This document shows, piece after piece, positions 55,240 through 64,000 of a stretch of 64,000 bases of DNA. The DNA comes from Octopus bimaculoides (taxonomy: Eukaryota): positions 12,336,195 to 12,400,194 of the forward strand of contig NC_069000.1 in the NCBI RefSeq assembly GCF_001194135.2. The letters run 5' to 3'. Numbering within the stretch: position 1 is the first letter of the stretch; every line of letters starts with the position of its first letter. The notes below the pieces were generated by a model. It was not told the origin of the DNA and searched no databases. It saw only the letters and a list, made by a program, of their open reading frames with translations. Made by a program: the position numbers and the translations under genes.

Positions 55240-55257
55240 TACATCTATGAAGATAGG

Positions 55258-55522
55258 GTAGCGAGATGGCAGAATCGTTAGCGCACTGGTTAGAATGATT
55301 TGTGGCATTTGTTCAGGTTTCACGTTCTGAGTTTAAATTCCGCTGAGGTTGAGTATGCATGCATATATATATATATATAGATATATATGCGACGGGCTTC
55401 TTTCAGTTTCCGTCGTCCACATTCATTCGCAAGACTTTGGTTGATCCGAGACACCCAGGTGCCACGCAGTGGAACTGAACCCGGAACTATGTGGTTGGGA
55501 AGCAAACTTTCTACCACACATC
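55258..55522. mobile_element. SINE A head (+, 55258-55350) and SINE C head (-, 55388-55522) joined tail-to-tail at (TA)n
   Basis: Both are recognisable by identity to other copies in the window. Confidence 0.85.
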
Positions 55523-56164
55523 CACGCGTGCACCTATACATACACATGCGTTTGTGAGTGTGTATATGTGTGTGTGTGTGTATGTATGTGTGTGTGTGTA
55601 CGTGCGTGTGAGTGCGTGTGTGTTGGTACAATATGTATGTATATGCATGTTTGAACACAGTCACAGCAGCTGGTTTGACTGAGAATTAAGTGCATCACCC
55701 AGAATGCAGCGCGCAGAATAATGTCCGCGACTGGATTCGATTTATCAATGCTTTTAACAGAAGACGAGACTTAACAGATAAAACTTGAAGCATCTTTCAT
55801 GTAAAACATTATTCCTTAATATCAATAACGAATACCAGTATGAAACTGACGTCTGAGAGATGAGAAATTTCAAGTGGAAATATTTCCTACACTTCAGCCA
55901 ACATGCCTATGTCTATCGATACAGGGCTATGTCTACCATTCTCTGTTACTATTCACAATTCACTGTTTATCTTTTGCCGCGACAGCCAAATCCTGTCGTG
56001 TAAACATTATGACATTTCGCCCTATTGGTTTGCCTAATCGATCAGCTAGTAACACCAGAGATATATTCCAGACACGTAAAACTATCACGACTACTGATTC
56101 GCGTACAGTATAAATTTATATACACTATACAAACATCTATGCATATATAATGTATATACGTACA

Positions 56165-56198
<34 letters not shown>

Positions 56199-57014
56199 CA
56201 CACCGTACATACGTGTACACGTAAGTAAATGTATAAATTATATGTATATATATATATATANNNNNNNNNNNNNNNNNNNNNNNNNNNNNNNNNNNNNNNN
56301 NNNNNNNNNNNNNNNNNNNNNNNNNNNNNNNNNNNNNNNNNNNNNNNNNNNNNNNNNNNNNNNNNNNNNNNNNNNNNNNNNNNNNNNNNNNNNNNNNNNN
56401 NNNNNNNNNNNNNNNNNNNNNNNNNNNNNNNNNNNNNNNNNNNNNNNNNNNNNNNNNNNNNNNNNNNNNNNNNNNNNNNNNNNNNNNNNNNNNNNNNNNN
56501 NNNNNNNNNNNNNNNNNNNNNNNNNNNNNNNNNNNNNNNNNNNNNNNNNNNNNNNNNNNNNNNNNNNNNNNNNNNNNNNNNNNNNNNNNNNNNNNNNNNN
56601 NNNNNNNNNNNNNNNNNNNNNNNNNNNNNNNNNNNNNNNNNNNNNNNNNNNNNNNNNNNNNNNNNNNNNNNNNNNNNNNNNNNNNNNNNNNNNNNNNNNN
56701 NNNNNNNNNNNNNNNNNNNNNNNNNNNNNNNNNNNNNNNNNNNNNNNNNNNNNNNNNNNNNNNNNNNNNNNNNNNNNNNNNNNNNNNNNNNNNNNNNNNN
56801 NNNNNNNNNNNNNNNNNNNNNNNNNNNNNNNNNNNNNNNNNNNNNNNNNNNNNNNNNNNNNNNNNNNNNNNNNNNNNNNNNNNNNNNNNNNNNNNNNNNN
56901 NNNNNNNNNNNNNNNNNNNNNNNNNNNNNNNNNNNNNNNNNNNNNNNNNNNNNNNNNNNNNNNNNNNNNNNNNNNNNNNNNNNNNNNNNNNNNNNNNNNN
57001 NNNNNNNNNNNNNN

Positions 57015-57056
<42 letters not shown>

Positions 57057-57480
57057 AGTAATTACTAATTGACATTTAAAGTTCATATTCAATGACTTCT
57101 GAACACGAGAACTAATGAAAAAGTCTCAATGTAGTCACTTAATCCGAGTCGATATATTATCTATCAGTGACTAACTGAATAGTCAAAACTGGTTTTCAAT
57201 GACCAATGCAGTGTTGAGTATAATAAACACAAATAAATAGAATGGGGGCGTAATCCACCAGGTTGTCAATAGTTACTATCTATTGTGTCGATGTATCATA
57301 TGTTTATGCACTTTTAGCTTTATTTATCAGACATGCACTATTATATGCCGCGAGATATCAAATTTCTCAGGAACAGAAGCCATGAGTAAAGCTTTCCGTA
57401 AAGCTCACCATAGGTTTCCTTTGTTTATTAGTGTCATAAGCCAGGGGGGGGGGGGTAACTAATATTTTTTTTATCGCTTA

Positions 57481-57741
57481 TCTTTTACTTGTTTCGGTCA
57501 ATAGAGCGCGACCGTGCTGGAGCACCGCATTGAAGAGTATTTTAGTCGAATGCAGTCTACCCCCATTACTTATTTGTTTTTTGCTAAGCCTGGTATTTAT
57601 TCTATCGGTTCATACTGCTGAACCGCTGTTACAGGGACGTAAACACATCGACACTGGTTCTCTAAGAGTAGTGGTGAGACAAACACAAACGCATACACAT
57701 ATACATACATACGTAGTACGTACATACATGCATACATGGAA

Positions 57742-57791
<50 letters not shown>

Positions 57792-57819
57792 GACTATATA
57801 TATATCTATATCTATATAC

Positions 57820-57865
<46 letters not shown>

Positions 57866-57990
57866 TCCGATTACCAAATCCACTCAGATTGTTTTAGTCG
57901 AACCAAGGCTATAATAGAAGACACTTGCCCAAATAGCCACGCAGTGAGACTGAACCCGGAACCATGTGGGTGGGAAATTAGTTTCTAATC
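57481..57990 (-). mobile_element. Near full-length composite SINE (C head + internal microsatellite + B body/tail)
   Basis: Matches 17601-18045; the internal simple repeat is longer here. Confidence 0.85.
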
Positions 57991-59534
57991 ACAAAGCTGT
58001 TCTAACTTAAGATCCTCCACACAAACAAGATAACCAAAAGTAGATGCACATCGTACTTGGTGTATGATAAATATTTGTTATGTAAGTTTAAAAGTTGCGC
58101 TTTATCCCTATCTCAGATGTGGTCTGGTAGGTCTGTGTATCTAATACCCAAGGCATTAACGCTCTATTAAACAGAAGTGAATATTGTGTTTATCTCTTTG
58201 TCTGTTCCACAGTGAATAGGGTATTATCAAAATTTCACCATGGGATTCACATGGTCTGTCTTCCTCTCCTTCAACGAGGGACAGTAAAACAATAGAAATG
58301 TTTAGTGTTATAAGGCGTAAATGCTCGAAGTTTCTAGACGGTAAAAATATGTGTGCTTGAATATTCATGATTCTTCTTTACCCAAATCTTTAGTGTTATT
58401 TTGGTGAAACAAAGAGAAATGTCTCTGTGCACAAACCACATTGAACGTGGTTAAATATTTTTATAGCTAGACAGCAGTGAATAACTTGAACGAGTTATAC
58501 AATCAAATACTTGGTTTCTCTCTAGATCAGAGACATTCATTAATGTATGATCAGTTCTATTGACATTAAGGGAGATTAAGATTAATAAAGGAGGGAGGAA
58601 AAGCATTGAGATATAAGCTTCATATTTTTCATGCGTTCGAACACATGCAGCAGGAATGAAGAATAATAGCTAATAACTGCAGTTATTGAAATGGGATGAC
58701 AAGAATCAATTTACATACAGATTAGCGTCTATTAAAGAATGTAAATGCTAATTCTAAATTGAAAACGATCAGAAAGAGCTCTGAGAGAAAATACGTCTTT
58801 TAAATATTTTAAATACCCAGAATTTTTCTGTTGATCATGATAATGTTTATTTAGCAAAGTTCTTTCCAATAGAAGGCTAAAGACTTTATTTATTCATTTT
58901 TATTTGATTTTATTTTATAATTGACAGATCAGGACTACCCACGTTGTTTAGAAACAGCTCTTAAAACGTTTGTTGCAGATTCTATCTTAATCGCTTCCAG
59001 AAATAAATCAATTAAATTCGTCTAATAATGTAAAATGATCTAAATTAGACTGTTGTATAGTTTTCGCTAATAATTATATTGGAAGAGAAACTGGAACCTC
59101 AGCAATAGGCGAAAAAAAGTGTATCTAATAATAAGATTGTAATTAGACCGGAGATGAGAAATTATTTGTAAACGAACCAGTTGATGAAATAACAGGGTAA
59201 CTATTGAAGCAACAGCAGATGGTGATGCAGCTCGATACAAACCTTTATCAGCATATTTTAAACTGGGTGCTAACATACTTAAATTAATGAGCCATAGACT
59301 TTTAATTAAATAGAATTACACCCATTAGCAGACTAATTAATTATGACTATGAATATCATGAGACAATATCGGGGTCCAAATTAATCACAATGAATTTAAA
59401 ATAGAATGAAGTGGGGTGTTATTCTAATATACTAGTGGTCGGGGGAAACTTTGGGGAGGTTTCTATCTTATTGTATTCATCAGCCAAACTGGTACTTCTA
59501 GAAATAATATCCTACACGCTCACGCACATACACG

Positions 59535-59572
<38 letters not shown>

Positions 59573-59727
59573 AACACACACACACACACACGTACGTACG
59601 AACTTTAGTAAATAAACGGTGTCGTGTGAAAGTTTAAAGCAATAAGTGAATAGGAGGGGTATTTCCCAGGGTCGCCTGTTGCATAGGAAAGAAATGAAGT
59701 AGACAAGAACACACATAATGTGATCAA

Positions 59728-59775
59728 GGAAGCATTTTGCTCGGCGTGTTAACGATTCTGCCACCTCGCCGCCTT
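59728..59775 (-). mobile_element. SINE family A head fragment
   Basis: GCATTTTGCTCGGCGTGTTAACGATTCTGCCACCTCGCCGCC. Confidence 0.8.
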
Positions 59776-60259
59776 AATTCCTATAAAAAATATCAGAAGT
59801 TCATTCATTTACATATTATATACACATAACAAAAATGTATTCGTACTTGGATTCAAAAAATAATTTATTACATAATACCATATTACGAATGAACAGACTG
59901 GAAGTTGTAACAATTATTCCTTTTTTTCTCAAAGAAATTAGTGAAAAGTTCCAAAGTGAGAAATTTTGTTTACTTGCATATTGGTTTTGCTGGGAATTTA
60001 CACCCTGCCATAGTACCTGACACGCATTTTTCTTTAATAGCAGCCGTTTACCGAAATTTCATTTTTTTTTTCATTATTTTTACTTTTGTCTTTTTTTTTG
60101 TCAACGTTTTATCCTGTCAGATATTAAGCGCACCTACTTACATCATTACGTCTCCTCATACACACTACGTGAGGTATTTCTCGTTCTTACATACATGTCA
60201 TTCACAGCAACGCTCTTCATTTAATCATCAAAAATAAAGGTTTAAAAAAAGACACACAT

Positions 60260-60321
<62 letters not shown>

Positions 60322-61599
60322 GGATTGAATATCTTGTTAAAAGTCATGAGGAATATAATTTCACTTATTTTCATCGGGTGTCCGACAAAAAAAAATATTT
60401 AAACTCTCAACACACGTGTTGTTTGAAATGAAAGAAAAAAAATACTTTCTTAACTTCGAGGGATTCTAAATCAGACAATCTTTGAGATTCTGTTACTGTG
60501 ACAGGAAACTGTAAACAAAACAACAAAAAATGAGTGATTCTCTATTACAGTTTCTTCATTTCATTCTATCATCATCATCATCATAATCACCATCATCAAT
60601 ATAATTTTTTTTATTTATTTATGTATTTATTTTGCCACGTAAATTAACCTATTGTGTTTTATTCCCATATTGAGAACCTCTTCCGGTTGCATGCCATAAT
60701 CCCGAGTGTTAAACATCTGTATGTTGGAGTTTTACATCTGAAGAATATACCAAAATATCATTTTGGATATGTTTGACATAAATTACAACCAGGAATTTTA
60801 CCAATGCTGCACCTGGCTGCAAGATTCGAAATTGATGTTTCCGAAATAGTCCAATAGTCATTCTAGCTACAACGTTTGCAAATGGCATAGTTTTACCGAA
60901 TATATATATATGGGCGTGAGTTATAATGAAGTTCTTATTTATGAGTCACACCCAAGTATTCGAAGACTATTTGAAATCATGAATGCCACTCGCTAAATTC
61001 CTGATTATGCGTGAGAGTATTAGAGTCAAGAATTGGCAAAGAATCAAACAAAATATTTTGCAGTATTTAGTTACATATCTTTATGATCTGAGTTCAATTC
61101 CAGTCTTAGTTGAGTTTACACTTCATCTCTCATATCAATACAATAAATTTGTCAGTCAAATACTGGGGCTGCTTTAACCGAGTATTCCCTCTGCTACACT
61201 GCGTTACGATACATAGGGTGCCCTCAGTACAGTGATAATCTATTCCTTGTTAGTGTTCTGTTGGATACGAACGTGAATATGTCCTTACGGTGGATTTCGC
61301 CATCCAAGAACGTCTCTTCCCTTTCAGCGAATTGTGTTCATAACACACGCGAGTCGTGAGTCACAGATTCAACAATGTAGGAAGAACTTCAAGATGCCGC
61401 GGTGTTTCGACCACATTGTTTATCATCTCAATCGAAGTTACCACTCGGCAAAACCGATGAATCTTACTAGTGCAACAGCTCTTAATTATAAGAATCATGA
61501 AGAAAATAATTTGCTAATGCGTGCACATGTCTGATCAGTACAGCCAGAATCCTAACAATGATGTATCTATTCATTCTTATGAGGTGTTGTCTGGTGGCG

Positions 61600-61880
61600 T
61601 AAAACAACATAGTTCAGATATTCACAATGCGATGGAACGAAACGTAGTACAAAAAAAAAACAAAAGAAAAAAAACGGATACGACGTTGTCTGGATATTCG
61701 CGCTTCTGCATGGAACCTTTGGACTATTATCTGTTTGGCAGACATCTAAAAACATCAGCATATAGCTTATTTGTTGATTTCTCTTAGCAAAAAGCTCTTG
61801 GTCTTGAAAGATTCCTGGCCGTGGTTTAATTTCGACTGAGGAGACATATAACGAGATTGAAACACCGCAGTGTTTCGAAG
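61600..61880 (+). pseudogene. Possible highly degraded mariner/Tc1 catalytic-domain remnant
   Basis: GYDVVW and GYSRFCMEPLDYYLFGRHLK resemble GWEVL.HPPYSPDLAPSDYYLF..LK. The downstream GRGLISTEETYNEIET resembles GKRF.S.EEV...V. Frameshifted, with no TIRs seen. Confidence 0.3.
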
Positions 61881-62040
61881 CTCCCTTACACAGGTCAACC
61901 AGTGGATCACTTGTGTTATGAAGACACATCGCCTTAAACTGAGTAAGCATTTTCCCGTAGAGAAAATCAACAACGATCAGATATTCAAAAAGGAATCTCC
62001 CATAAAGTATCAAGTGTCATTAGATGCATTATTATTATTG

Positions 62041-62083
<43 letters not shown>

Positions 62084-63084
62084 AATTTGCTATATTGCTT
62101 TCAATTTACAAAGCATGTAAAAAAAGTTTTAAAGTACATCGTTTATTATAATCGACTGTAACTATTTAAGCCGACTCTCAGTATGACTCCGACTCCATTG
62201 AATTAAATATCACAAATGAAATATTAAAATAATTAGAGACTTCAATAGTAAATTTAAGTGCTTTTATTGTTTAATAGCCTTGAACAGTTATGAATGTGTC
62301 ATTAACCCTCTTTGCCAACAATCAGGATAGGTCAGTTGATATTTTTAAGACGTCCACTGCGTAAATTAAATGTGCGCTTATCCTTATTATTATTATTATT
62401 ATTATTCTATTAGTATTTGAGAACGAGTCATTTGGTTATAATTATAAGCATACTTTACTTTCTCAACTTAAAACATATGGTCCTTAATTAGAACAAAATG
62501 GTGGCTTTCTCGAGATAAAATTTAGCACGAAATTTGACTCCAACATCATTGACACATACAGACTTATATGCACATACGCACGAAAACACATATATACGCA
62601 CATGTGCAACACAGCCACATTTGTGTGTATAAATTTCTGAAGATGTTATTATGTATAAGTCTATCCGAATGTTTATATACATACATACACACATATTTAT
62701 TATAAAATTTGATCTGATATTGTACATATACATCATGAAAGTACTCAATATATGATGCAAGAGAGGGGAGAGATGGGGACGGGTAGAGAGAAGGAGGAGG
62801 GATTTCATGCAAGTGAGTTAGTCACCCATAAAGACAATCTATAAAAGCTGTTGCTTTCGCTCATCAATATGCAATTCCTTGATTCCCTTCCCTTGCTGAT
62901 CAATGGAATAAAGCCAATAGATGTGTGGCTGTAAACTAGATGCGGCAGATTTAATGTGAGAATGTTAAGTCCAAGAAAAACTTACATAGGACATGTCTCG
63001 CGAATGCGCCATGTTTTTCTTGTTTAATTGATTTTATGTCGACCTATTTACACCTGATGGCATTACTACCGATTAACGGAGATC

Positions 63085-63188
63085 GTCGTTGTCGCCGTTG
63101 TCGCTGTCGTCGTCATCGTCATCGTCGTCATCATCATCATCGTCGTCATCATCGTTGTCATCATCACCACCACCACCAACACCAACAC

Positions 63189-63244
<56 letters not shown>

Positions 63245-63557
63245 NNNNNNNNNNNNNNNNNNNNNNNNNNNNNNNNNNNNNNNNNNNNNNNNNNNNNNNN
63301 NNNNNNNNNNNNNNNNNNNNNNNNNNNNNNNNNNNNNNNNNNNNNNNNNNNNNNNNNNNNNNNNNNNNNNNNNNNNNNNNNNNNNNNNNNNNNNNNNNNN
63401 NNNNNNNNNNNNNNNNNNNNNNNNNNNNNNNNNNNNNNNNNNNNNNNNNNNNNNNNNNNNNNNNNNNNNNNNNNNNNNNNATCCTACACCAGCGCCACAC
63501 GCAAAATCACCAATGCCGCACCCAACTTCACCACCATCACGCTCCATAATAATAACT

Positions 63558-63608
<51 letters not shown>

Positions 63609-63760
63609 GTCATCATCATCATCATCATCGTCATCATCATCACCATCATCGTCGTCGTTGTCGTCATCATCATCATCATCATCAACATCATCATCATTGT
63701 CATCATCATTATCATCATCATCATCATCGTCGTCGTCGTCGTTGTCGTCTCGTCTTCATC
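63085..63760. repeat. (CAT)n/(CGT)n trinucleotide region including a gap
   Basis: Direct reading. Confidence 0.95.
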
Positions 63761-64000
63761 ACGACGGTCATCTCCTTTTCTTTTATCTGTTGAGCGTATA
63801 TGATGAGCGCAACACACTTTGCTCGTCACTAATTGGCAAATCTATTCATCTGCAAAACGGAAATACGGGTATCCTTTAACACATTTAACACACAATTATT
63901 TCAAATGAAGGGTGAGAGGGGGCGACAGAGAAGAAAGAGAGATGGAAAGAGAGAGAGATAGAGAGAGAGAATGAAGGAAATAAAGCTACTATTATTCACA

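Noticed and set aside
59067-59290. DKGLYR (Ig-like) on the minus strand and TIEATADG (cadherin-like) on the plus strand
   Set aside because: The key Cys and other consensus residues are missing, and the matches are too short to mean anything.

Overview
AT-rich animal genomic DNA from a short-read-style scaffold. About 26 N-gaps total roughly 7-8 kb by hand count, and nearly all are flanked by (TA)n, (CA)n or (TATG)n tracts. The SINE heads and bodies and the extreme microsatellite load suggest an octopod cephalopod (Octopus-like); this is recognition of repeat families, not a database result. I could not identify any host protein-coding gene, rRNA, true tRNA or CRISPR array. Almost all ORFs in the supplied track are translations of microsatellites or N-gaps. 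Supportable content: (1) more than 25 full or partial copies of three tRNA-derived SINE families; (2) a 5'-truncated RTE-clade LINE whose ~210 C-terminal codons are still open, fused to a SINE head; (3) a decayed Hsmar1-like mariner with one TIR, a SINE insertion with a 13-bp TSD, and a 19-bp minisatellite grown from its catalytic CDxKWIL codons; (4) two mariner-derived MITEs with TIRs and TA TSDs, plus a Tigger/pogo-like end; (5) many micro- and minisatellites. The most interesting candidate is a tandem pair, 171 bp apart, of degenerate minimal type-I hammerhead-ribozyme-like motifs at 11.1-11.35 kb (Penelope/retrozyme style). Several short candidate exons with strong splice signals exist on both strands but are unproven.
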